NCBI RefSeq assembly: GCF_006345805.1
Contig: NC_043003.1
Coordinates: forward strand, 21,018,001-21,082,000
Length of the DNA stretch: 64,000 nt
Reading direction: 5' to 3'
Origin: Octopus sinensis
Lineage: Eukaryota
Under the pieces are notes generated by a model. The model ran no database searches. It saw nothing but the letters and a program-made list of their open reading frames with translations, and had not been told where the DNA came from. Below, piece after piece: positions 34,834-47,616 of the stretch. The first letter of the stretch is position 1, and each line of letters starts with the position of its first letter. The translations under genes were made by a program, and so were the position numbers.

Positions 34834-36850
34834 CATACATACATACATACATATTATTATTTTGTTTTATTTATTAGAGAATAAAAATTCCAGCATCACA
34901 GGGATTCAAATAAAATGAATTATTCTCAATGAGGAAATATATGTTACTTAGAGATAGCAGTCCCTATCATCACACCATCATCATCATCATCATCATCATC
35001 ATTTAACGTCCGTTTTCCATGCTAGCATGGGTTGGACGGTTCAACTGGGGTCTGGGGAGCCCGAAGGCTGCACCAGGCCAGTCAGATCTGGCAGTGTTTC
35101 TACAGCTGGATGCCCTTCCTAACGCCAACCACTCCGAGAGTGTAGTGGGTGATTTTATGTGCCACCGACACAGGTGCCAGACGAGGCTGGCGAACGGCCA
35201 CGCTCGGATGGTGTTTTTATGTGCCACCGACACAGGTGCCAGACGAGGCTGACGAACGGCCACGATCGGATGGTGTTTCTTACATGCCCACAGCACGGAG
35301 GCCAGTCGATGCGGTACTGGCTACAGCCACGTTCGGATGGTTTTCTTGTGTGCCACCAGCACTGGTACCACAAAGATACAAATTCCATTGATGATCATCT
35401 ATTTTGATTTGATTTGATTTGATTTTCACTTGCCTCAACAGGTCTTCACAAGTGTCACAAGAAGGAAGGAAGGTATGCACAGGTGAACTGACAACGTCCC
35501 AGGTAGGGGCCACGGGTTATGGCCTGACTAGTCTTGCCGGGTCTTCGGATGATGTTTTTATGTGTCTCCGACACAGGTGCCAGATGGATGGTGTTTGTTA
35601 CGTGCCCACAGCACGGAGGCCAGTCGATGCGGTACTGGCTACGGCCACGTTCAGATGGCTTTCTTGTGTGCCACCGGCACTGGTACCACAAAGATACAAA
35701 TTCCATTGATGTTCATCTATTTTGATTTGATTTGATTTGATTTGATCACTTGTCTCAACAGGTCTTCACAAGTGTCACAAGAAGGAAGGTATGCACAGGT
35801 GGATAAAAGAATTTTATTTTAATACTTACTACTCATTTCTAAATCTCTGCTACACGTGTTTCTTGAGGTTCTTTTACCATTCCTTAAGCACGCAGTATTT
35901 TACAGGAACATTTCTTAAAGTGCAACCCCAATCGTCAGGCCTCTAAATACCTTTATCATAGTTTGATACCAAATACTATATTTTAATTTTAACAGATAAA
36001 TATGCGTATGTGCAAATAAATTCACCAAACCTTACTGTGCAAGCCATAATTTAATTCAAATAAAGAAAATTTATAATAAAAATAAAAAAATAAAAGATTT
36101 TGTAAATTTTTTATTTTTTTATTTTTTTATTTTTATAATAAATTTTCTTTATTTGAATTAAATTATGGCTTGCACAGTAAGGTTTGGTGAATTTATTTGC
36201 ACATACGCATACTTATCTGTTAAAATTAAAATATAGAATTTGGTATTGAACTATAATAAAGTTATTTAGAGGCCTGACAATTGGGGTTGCACTTTAAGAA
36301 ATGTTCCTGTAAAACACTGCATGCTTAAGGAACGGTAAAAGAACCTCAAGAAACACATGTAGCAGAGATTTAGAAATGAGAAGTAAGTATTAAAATAAAA
36401 TTCTTTTATATGGTGTGATGATAGGGACTGCTATCTCTAAATAACATATATATATATACATACATACATAGCTCCTACACGCAGTTTTTCTCTCCTTGTT
36501 TCTCTCCTTGTTTCTTTTCTGTGTATCTTTCTGTCGAAGAGCATAGGCTCGAAACGTAAAAGACTTGTCCTATTTCTATTCCTGAGCGCCATACTAATAC
36601 ATTTCTTTGTTTGTACTCCACCTGCCTTCGTCTTTTGTTTATTTTCGTAAACCTTCCCGTTATATATATATATATACTTTATTTAAAGCAGCAGAAAATT
36701 CAACAAAACCTGTTACTCTGAGTTTCCCGGGAAACTCAGAGTAACAGGTTTTGTTGAATTTTCTGCTGCTTTAAATAAACCATATTACTCTACCACTGGT
36801 ATTTGAGTACTCTTTTTTCCACCTTGTTTCACATTTATGTGTTTACTCAA

Positions 36851-36901
<51 letters not shown>

Positions 36902-39900
36902 TATAATAAAAATTTCTATAAATACATTCCAAGATGTGTAAATTGCAATTATACCAGGATTTGATGTGAACAACAAAATGGTGAGCATGTACACGTACAT
37001 ACTGATGCAATTTTTTTCAAAGTTTCAAGTTTCATTTTATAAATGTATGTGATATGCGTAAAACCCATGCTAGCATGGAGAACGGACGTTAAACGATGAT
37101 GATGATGATGATGATGATGATTAATGTGCTGTACCACTTGCTGGAAACCTATAACCAAAGATGTTATTGATCACAAACTAAAGGAAAGATTTAAAACAAA
37201 AATTAAAAAATAGGCCTACATTTTTCACTGAGTATTCCATCAATGATTTAGCTTTATAAGTCGCCTTTACATCTTCTTCTGTTACCTTGGTAACAGGCAT
37301 AGACACACCAGGGTAGTTCAGTAGATTATAGGGCAGAGAATAGGTTGGAAATCCTGCAAAGAAAATTATCAGAAGTAAAATGATAGTAAAAGGATTGTTG
37401 TTGTTGTTTTAACTCCAAATCATCCCTTATTGAGAGAAATCCTATAATCAAATAATTCTAGCATGGCTGTCCTATCATTTTTACATCTACGACTCCATTA
37501 TCTAGTTTGTCCTTGCATTTTCATGATGCAAGGGCATGATTTGAGGAAGAATTTACTGTAATTTCTAGAAGATCTAGCAATCATGTAGAAGTTCCCATAT
37601 TCACTGATGTGTTAGAGAATTCTTTTCTTGTTGTTTGGCATCAAGTTAGTTATTTCTTTATTACCCACAAGGGGCTAAACATAGAGGGGACAAACAAAGA
37701 CAGACACAGGGATTAAGTTGATTACATCGACCACAGTGCGTAACTGGTACTTAATTTATCGATCCCGAAAGGATGAAAGGCAAAGTTGACCTTGGCAGAA
37801 TTTGAACTCAGAACATAGTGGCAGACAAAATACCGGTAAGCATTTCACCCGGTGTGCTAATGTTTCTGCCAGCTTGTCGCATCAAGTTAGTATTCATCAA
37901 GCAAACCAATAATCAAATAAATTCCAGTTATGACAATCTCCACTTTTGTACAGGAAATCCATTGGATAAACAACAGAAGATTGACTCTCCTGGGGTAAAT
38001 GACAGATAAAGGTTTTGTGACTTCTTTGTTGGACAACCTGCACAAATGGTTCATTTGTAGTGATTAAATATTTCTGCTTTACATTAATTCACTCCTTCCA
38101 TGAAATCAACGTTGCCTATACATATACATGGTGTGCTGCACATATTATGTGAAAGTGATCGCAAAGAATAGCAACATGAAATGGAATGTTTTTGCTCAGG
38201 AACACAGCACACCACCCGATCCAGGAATTGAAACCACATTCTGGCAACCATGAACGCAACACCTCAACTACTAGGCCACACATCTGTAAGTCAAACGACC
38301 ATCCTATGACTTAGTGTTTGCATGATAACAACATTAAGGGTACAAGTATCTGTGGAACACTCAACCACAACCGAAAATAGACAGTTCCATTAATAAAATG
38401 ACTAGAATACTTATGGTCAACACTGATCCACACTCCATTCACTTAATTTACTCATCCAAGACTTCAGAGATATTTCTTAAGATCTGATGTATTTTATACA
38501 AGTAAGATACTTAGCTTGACGAGTTAAAGTGAAATTGTGGTTGTGGCTAGTCTTAGTGACAGGTAAAAGGCAGCCATGTTGATGGCACATAAAAGGCATT
38601 GGTGCCATGATATGTAAAAGGCACTTGTACTCGTGATATGTAAAAGACACCCTGTGCACTCTGTAGAATGGTTGGTGGTAGGGAGGGCATCCAGCCATAG
38701 AAACCCAGTCAAGACAGACTGGAGCCTGGTGCAGCTCTCTGGCTTACCAGCTCTAGTCAAACCCTCTAACCCATGCCAGCATAGAAAACAGATGTTAAAT
38801 CATGATGATAATGTGATGCATAAGGTCAATTCTTTGACAACTAATCTGTTTGCATGGGTCAGACAGAATTAAGGCAGGTTTTGTATAGCTTGATGCCCTT
38901 TTCTGTTTCCAGCATTTATTCTGATGCATTCTGAAAGATTTGAATGCAAATATACTAGTCACTGTTGTGTATGTCAGAAGAGAACAACTTGTTCCTTTTA
39001 CAATGACAATATGCTCATAAAATACTTGACTCATTGATGCAAGGTAGTCTGGGACAATAGTATTTTAACCTGTCTCTCATCAGCTAGAAGCACCTTGACC
39101 TTTGAGCCTAAATAAGCCACTGGCCTTGTTTATAATTTCAGCAAACGAAACTGTTTTTCTGATCAGGGCTTAGATCTGTCAACTGATAAAAAAAAAACTG
39201 ACGAGAATATTAGCATTTGAATCTGCTGGAACATATTAAGAATATATCTGCAAAGCATCATCACAAATCTTTCAGTACACTGTGCAAATAACAAGTATAT
39301 GACAGGCTTCCACTCACCATTTATAAGGTTTTGGCCAGCTTGGGGTTATAACACAAAATATCTGCTAAGGGTGCCACACAGTAGGGCCGAAACCAAGACC
39401 ACAGAGTTGGCAAGCAACCATCATAACCATACAGCTATGCCTGTGCTTTTACACTTACAGATAATGTTTTTTTACGTATTAAGTTTTCTGGAAGTTTAAT
39501 TTTTAAATGTTCATTTAGGTTAATTTAAAGTGTTATGGACTTACTTCCAAGCTTGAACTCTTTGTCAGTAGTGATGTTGAAGACATGACAGGGCAGATGA
39601 GAGCATCCAATTTATCTTTTTGCATAGCATCAGCAAATTCTTTATCGTATTTCTGAAACATAAGAGAAGGGCTGATAATAAATGAAAATAAAAAGAATGA
39701 ATAAATAAAGGTTTTGATTAAGAACAACTGCTGGTAGTGGTGGTGATGGTTGTATGGAGGAGGAAGAGGAGGAGAAGGAGAAGAAAGAAGAAGAAGAAGA
39801 AGAAGGGAAGGAGGAAGAGAAGGTGTCGGTGGGGATTATGATGATGATGAAATACAATATATATATACATATATATGATACGGCACGTAAAATGCACCAA

Positions 39901-40290
39901 TCCAACCGTGGCCGATGCCAGCCTCGCCTGGCACCAGTGCAGGTGGCACGTAAAAAGCACCCACTACACTCACGGAGTGGTTGGCATTAGGAAGGGCATC
40001 CAGCTGTAGAAACATTGCCAGATAAGACCGGAGCCTGGTGCAGCCTTCTGGCTTCCCAGATCCCCGGTCGAACCGTCCAACCCATGCTAGCATGGAGAAC
40101 GGACGTTAAACGATGATGATGATGATGATGATGATGATATATGTATATATATATATACATGCATATATTATATATTGTATATTTAATGTTTCACTTAGGC
40201 ATAGCAAGACTAATAACCAGGCGTAGCACTCAGTATGCTTCAGAATAATGTTAGATGAGTATAGAGTACAGATGAGTAGATTGTCTATAT

Positions 40291-40323
<33 letters not shown>

Positions 40324-40713
40324 ATATAATTCAAGACAAAACCACTATTTTGCAAAACAAACAAGGAAGACTTAATCAATACATAAAAATTTTGAATATA
40401 AAGAAATAAACCGCCACTACAATCGTTTCATGTTTTCAATGACATTCGTCAGGTGGATATTCGATCATAAATTAAAACAGATTAGGAGATCGAATATCCA
40501 CCTGACGAATGTCATTGAAGACATGAAACGATTGTAGTGGCGGTTTATTTCTTTATATTCAAAATTTTTATGTATTGATTAAGTCTTTCCTTGTTTGTTT
40601 TGCAAAATAGTGGTTTTGTCTCGAATTATATTATATAATATTTTACTATAAAATTGGATTTAATCCTAAATCTGATTTTCCCTGTAAATTTGGATTTATT
40701 CCCTAATATTTAT

Positions 40714-40759
<46 letters not shown>

Positions 40760-43700
40760 CTTTTCATCATCTGACACAAGATTACCTCCTGCAATGCCCC
40801 TTCCCTCTGAAAATTAGGGTTAGGGTTAGGGTATTTGTCTTGCAAGTTACTTGGTGACCCTGTCAGGGTAGGTGCCATTTAAAAAGCATCCAGTCCATAC
40901 TGTAAAGCGGTTGGCATTTGGAAGGGCAACCAGCTGTGAAAGCCATGCCAAAACTGACCTCATCTGTGCTTGTGCCATGTAAAAAGCACTAAGTCCATTC
41001 TGCCAAAACAGTCACATGAGACTGGTGCAGGCTTCTGCCTGGCCGGCTCCTGTCAAACCACCCCACCCATGCCAGCATTGAAGGCAGATGTTAAATGATG
41101 ATGATGATGATGATGATGATGATGGTGATATAGAATTTTCCCTGTTAATTTTACAACAATATTGTTGTTGATAAAATGGGTTTCCAACTACGACACAAGA
41201 ACTTGAACTAATTCTGTTAGACATAAACTGAAATAAAACTATTTTAAAGAGACTCACTTCTTTTTCAGCAACCAATTTATATATGTCTTGATATTTTCTA
41301 GAATTAAAAGCAGAGAGAAAAATATTGAAATATTTTGTTGTCTTTTTTTATATCTTATAATAATTTAAACTACCTAAGATTCTTCATTGCATGAGTCCCA
41401 GCTTTACCAACTTGAAGTCTTCTTCATTCCAATCCTTGTAGCTTCTATCTTTCTCACTCTGTTTCTTTCTTCTACCACTTCTGGTTCACATATGAAGATC
41501 CAACCCGAATATTCTACCAGCTTTATGATCAAACTGGCCAGATCACATCATCAAAATCTCAAATCTAAGAGATAATGAACCCTTAATTTGAAACAACGAG
41601 AATAAATAAGAATTATATTTGACTGAATAATTTAAATGCTAAAGGGTTAACTTAGAAGATGCAAAGTTCTGTTGTCTTCTTTATTAATTTCTCTTCAATC
41701 AACTTTTCCATGAAGATGAACTCTGTCTCTCTGAAGCATTGGATATTCCATTCTTTGCAGCAAGTTCAAGGTACTCTTTTTACCAATTTCATTAAATAAT
41801 AAAAGTCTTGCCAATGCAGACCAGCATCTGTTTCCAAGGCCATCTTTACCCCATTATAGACCACCAACCAACCCAGCAGGCAAATCAATTTTCTGAGCCT
41901 AATAGTATTTGTTTATTGACAGTAAACCACAGAATATATAGATCAGAACTGGGGCCCCTAAACCTGTGAAGACCAAGGGCAACTGTTCAGTATGCCCCTT
42001 GAGATGGCCCTAATAGTCTGTTTGGAGTCTCCTTAACCCTTTTGGCTCTGGCTCTGAGTACAAATGTCTTGTTTTCATAAGTTTTGAATTAAAATTTTCC
42101 ACCAAACCTTATTCACAATTTATGTTCCTAACCCTAGATAAATGATAACTAAGTTATTTTACTAAATTCTTTGTTATATTCAAAATTAATTGAAAGAAAC
42201 ACAGAGCATCTCAAACTAAATGCAGTAACGAAAGGGTTAATCATGTATACCAACTTCCCACTCTTATTTTTTTTCTGAACATGTTGAATTTCAGATGCTC
42301 AAACTGCATGTCAACTGCATTAACCTAACCTATGTAAGAGAACATGTAACAGCCATGAGCTCTGCTCTGCTTCCTATTACCTTCACTGTCATATCAAAAT
42401 TAAAGCTAAGGCTACGAGCTGGCAGAATCGTTAGCATGCTGGATGAAATGTTTAGTGCTATTTCAACCATCACTAAGTTCTGAGTTCAAATTCCACCGAG
42501 ATCGACTTTGTCTTTCAACCACTTGCAGTCAATAAATTAAGTACCAGTGAAACACTACGGTCAATGTAATCGACTAGTCTCCACCCCTCGAATTTCAGGC
42601 CTTTTTGCCTTCAGTAGAAAGGATATTAGTATTAAAGAGGTTACAGCAAAAGGTATCTTTCTTTAATGTTTTGCTTGTTTCTGTCATTGGACTGCGGCCG
42701 TGCTGGGGCTCTGCCTTGAAGGGTTTAGTTGGCTGCTTATTCTATTAGTGCTTTTGCTGAACTGCTAAGTTACAAGGATGTAAACAAACCAACATTTGTT
42801 GACAAGTGGTGGTAAGGCACAAACACAAACACAACACACACATGTGTGTGTGTGTGTGATATATATGTATATATATATAAATGAGTAACAGTGGAGGTAC
42901 AGGTGTCAATTCATTAGAGCCATTTCATTAATTAATGAAGACATTACATCATTAGAAAGAAACTGTTTTCATCAGATGAATTCATGAACTTCAAAATAAA
43001 GGACTTTCAAAATGATTTAACACAGTTTAAAATTCACAGAGAGAAAAATATTTATAGTGATTCTGCTACTATTTCAGTTGACAATTTGGCTGTACCAGAG
43101 TAGTGTATATTTGATCAGAACAGAAATTTAGAGGTTAGTAGAGTTTTTAGGAGGGGGAAGGAATAATTGAATCCAGTGACCCAATTATCTTTATTTTCAC
43201 AAAGAGAGGAGGGCATGGCTCCATTAGTTTAAATTTATCTGTTAAGGAGTTCTGTTGTGTCTGGGGAGAGTCATACTCTTTTTGTGCCTTATAATTTAAC
43301 ACACTCACCGGTAAAATTTCCACTTATTTCTTATTTTTATTTTCCTAAAATTTTCGTTGCATCTTGCAGCCTTTTCAATATTCTTGACTCGGTCTGTTAT
43401 TTACACTACGTTCCTTTTTTTTTTGTTTGTGTGCATATGTGTGGGTCAGTATGTGTGTGTGTGTGTGTGTGTGTGTGCTTATGCATGCATGCCTGTACGT
43501 ATGTATGTGTGTATGTATGTATGTATGCATGTGTGTATGTCTACATGTGTGTGTATGCATATGCATATATGTATGTATGTGTGTGCATCTGTATGTATGT
43601 ATTCTGCTTATTCATGTGCTTGCATGTCTGTGTTTGTGTATTTTTTATATATGTGTGTGATCGTGTGTTTGTATATGTATGCACCTCTGTCTCCTTGTGC

Positions 43701-44611
43701 GTGCATGTGTGTGTGTGTGTGTGCGGGAGTGCATTTTGCAACTATGTACCACGTTTGTCTGTATGAATGTGCATCTCTATATGTGTGGACACGTGTCTCC
43801 TTGTTTAATGTCTACTGGTCAGTGGTAAGAAAATTATTTGTGATCTGGTCAACCTATTAAATTATGGAACCACTGCACAAACTTTATCTCCACAAGTTGA
43901 CAAGGCAGAGGGCAGTAACAAAGAAGTGGGGGATAGGGAAGGGAGAACAAGGAGAAAAAAGAAAGGAAGAAAGCTGATTCAACTATTACTAATTACCATA
44001 ATATTAATAGAGGAAGACTTTGAAGGATAATGGAATAAGGGTTATGGGGGCAAAGCTCTAAACTATGACAGGGAATCATTGCAGGGGAATAAAAAGAACC
44101 TGCTACAACTTAGCAGAGATATAATATTCTTTTCTACTCTAGGCACAAGGCATGAAATTTTGGGGAGGGATCCAGTCGATTAGATCGACACCAGTAAGTA
44201 ACTGGTACTTAATTTATCAATCCCGAAAGGATGAACGGTAAAGTCGACCTCAGTGGAATTTGAACTCAGAACGTAAAGACAGATGAAATACCACTAAGCA
44301 TTTCGCCATACGTACTAACATTTCTGCCAGCTCACCACCTTAGCAGAGTTGTAATATTATAGCAATAAGAGAAATTAGAAATTAAATATAGGTAAATAAA
44401 TTTAAAAAGTGCTTGAAATTATAAGACAAAGAGATGCTTTAAGATAGAAAAGTAATAAGAAAATTAAAGTTTTAAAGAAACAGAAGGGTAAAAATGGAGA
44501 TATAAAAAAGATATTTACACAATATTGTTGTGGGTGTATATTATTCTAATGAGGTGCCTCAATTTAAGTACCTAATTCAATTGAATTTTACTATGTGTAT
44601 GTATATATGTA

Positions 44612-44671
<60 letters not shown>

Positions 44672-47284
44672 TATATATACATACATTTATGCATACAGGA
44701 GTGGCTGTGTGGTAAGTAGCTTGCTTACCAGCCACAGGGTTCCGGGTTCAGTCTCATTGCATGGCACCTTGGGCAAATGTCTTCTACTATAGCTTTGGGC
44801 CAACCAAAGCCTTGTGAGTGGATTTGGTAGACAGAAACTGAAATAAGCCATCATCATCATCATCGTTTAACGTCCGTTCTCCATGCTAGCATGGGTTGGA
44901 CGGTTCGACCGGGGATCTGGGAAGCCAGAAGGCTGCACCAGACTCCAGTCTTATCTGGCAGTGTTTTACAGCTGGATGCCCTCCTAACGCCAACCACTCC
45001 GTGAGTGTAGTGGGTGCTTTTTACGTGCCACCTGCACAGGTGCCAGGCAAGGCTGGCAGTGGCCACGGTCGGATTGGTGTATTTTATGTGCCACACGGAC
45101 GGAAGCCAGACGAGGCGGAGCTGGCATCGGCCACGAGTCGGATAGCTTTTTACGTACCACCAGACCAGGGATCCTGGCTGGTTCAATTCGATTTCGATTT
45201 CGCTTGCCCCAACATGTCTTCGCAAGCAAAGGGGGTTGGCATGGGTGCCTGTCGTACGGTCAGATTGGTGTATTTTACGTGCCACCGGCACGGAAGCCAG
45301 TGGAGGCGGCGCTGGCATCGGCCACGAGTCGGATAGTGCTTTTTACGTACCACCAGACCAGGGATCCTGGCTGGTTCAATTCGATTTCGATTTCGCTTGC
45401 CCCAACATGTCTTCGCAAGCAAAGGGGGTTGGCATGGGTGCCTGTCGTCGGATGAGGTTCTATATCGACTTCGCTTGCCTCAACAGGTCTTTGTGTCCAA
45501 GGGAGGAAAGGCATTCATAAGTGGGCTGGGCTCACTTGTCCTGCCTGGTCTTCTCACGTACAGAATATTTCCAAAGGTCTCGGTCGCTGGTCATTTCCTC
45601 AGTGAGGCCTAAAGTTCGAAGGTCATGCTTCACCCTCGTCCCAGGTTTTCCGGGTCTACCTCTTCCACGGGTTCCCTCAACTGCTAAGGATTGGCACTTT
45701 CTCACACACCTATCTTCATCCATTCTCGCCACATGACCATACCAGCGCAATCGTCTCTCTTGCACCACAAACTGATGCCTCTTAGGTAAAACATTTCTCT
45801 CAAGGTGCTAACGCTCTGTCGAGTATGTACACTGACATTACACATCCATCGGAGCATACTGGCTTCATTCCTCATGAGCTTACGCATGTCCTCGGCAGTC
45901 ACGGCCCATGTTTCACTGCCATGTAGCATGGCTGTTCGTACACACGCATCATACAGTCTGCCTTTTACTCTGAGCGAGAGGCCTTTAGTCACCAGCAGAG
46001 GTAAGAGCTCCCTAAACTTTGCCCAGGCTATTCTTATTCTAGCAGTTACACTTTCAGCGCACCCACCCCCACTACTGACTTGGTCACCTAGATAATGGAA
46101 GCTATCAACTACTTCTAGTTTTTCCCCTTGGAAAGTGACAGAAGTTATTTTCTGCAGATGTTCGGAGTTTAATGCTCCTGAGCATCTGCCACATACAAAA
46201 ACTATCTTCCCAGTTAGCCTACCTTTGACATTGCTGCACCTCTTATGTGTCCATAGCTTACACTGGGTACATCTTATAGAGTTTCTACCTACACCTTTTC
46301 TACAGATCGAGCAGGGCCATCTTCCTGAAGACATTTGTGGATTGTCTACCTTCCTACTTATTAGTACTTTGGTTTTAGCTAGGTTGACTCTAAGGCCCCT
46401 CGATTCTAAACCTTCTTCCACACCTGGAACTTCTCCTCCAGCTCTGATAGTGACTCAGCAATAAGAGCAAGGTCGTCAGCGTAGAGGAGATCCGGGGACA
46501 ACCTGTCTTGAATTCCTCCGTAATTGCCTGGAGGACTATGATAAATAGGAGGGGGCTGAGTACTGAACCCTGGTGGACCCCAACCTCTACTTTGAATTCT
46601 TCTGTGTACATGTTGCCAACCCTCACCTTACTTACGGCATCTCTGTACATGGCTTGCACAGTCCTCACCAGCCATTCATCTATCCCTAGTTTCCTCATTG
46701 ACCACCAGATAAGGGATCGGGGGACCCTATCAAAAGCTTCTCCATGTCAACAAAAGCCAGGTACAGGGGCTTATCTTTGGTTAGGTATTTCTCCTGCAGC
46801 TGCCTTACCAGGAATATAGCATCAGTGGTACTTTTCCCTGGCACGAACCCAAACTGCATCTCATCTAAACTAACTCTCTCTCTAATTAGTTGGGCTATGA
46901 CCCTCTCCGTAACCTTCATTACTTGATCCAACAGCTTGATACCTCTGTAATTATTTGTATCTAGGGCATCACCTTTACCTTTGTAGCAGTTGACTAGTAT
47001 GCTGCTACACCAGTCATTGGGTATGACTCCTTCGTGTATCACCTGGTTGACTATACGGGTGACTAGGTTATAGCCGACACCGCCAGATATTTTGAGCATC
47101 TCTGCAGTAATTCCTGATGGGCCTGGGGCTTTCCCTGTCTTCATGCTTCTAATTGCCTTAGCTACCACGGAACTATCAACTCGGATAGCTGGTCCCTCTG
47201 TTGGGTCAACATTCGGCAGACTCTCTTTATCCCATTCATTTTCTTTATTCAGCAACCTTTCATAGAACCTTTCATAGAACCATC

Positions 47285-47318
<34 letters not shown>

Positions 47319-47573
47319 TTGTTTGTGTGTCTGTGTTTGTCCCCCACCATCGCTTGACATCCGATGGTGGCATGTCTACATCCCTGTAACTTATCTTAGC
47401 ATTTCAGCAAAAGAGAACAATAGAAAAAGTACAAGGCTTACAAAGAATAAGTCCTGAGGTCAATTTGTTTGACTAAAGGTGGCGCTCTAGCATGGCTGCT
47501 GTCAAATGACTAGAACAAATAAAATAATATATATATATATGTATGTATGTCTGTATACACATACATATACATA

Positions 47574-47616
<43 letters not shown>

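Larger units (their letters stand above)
40320..40637. repeat. Fold-back (~147-bp arms, 21-nt loop) of a PLE pseudo-LTR-like unit
   Basis: 40320-40466 versus 40488-40637 with few mismatches; each arm contains a hammerhead motif. Confidence 0.93.

Noticed and set aside
43257-43860. 160-170 aa Cys/Val/Tyr-rich ORFs, and similar IYIY, IIII and CVCV ORFs elsewhere
   Set aside because: Products of (GT)n, (AT)n and (ATT)n tracts.
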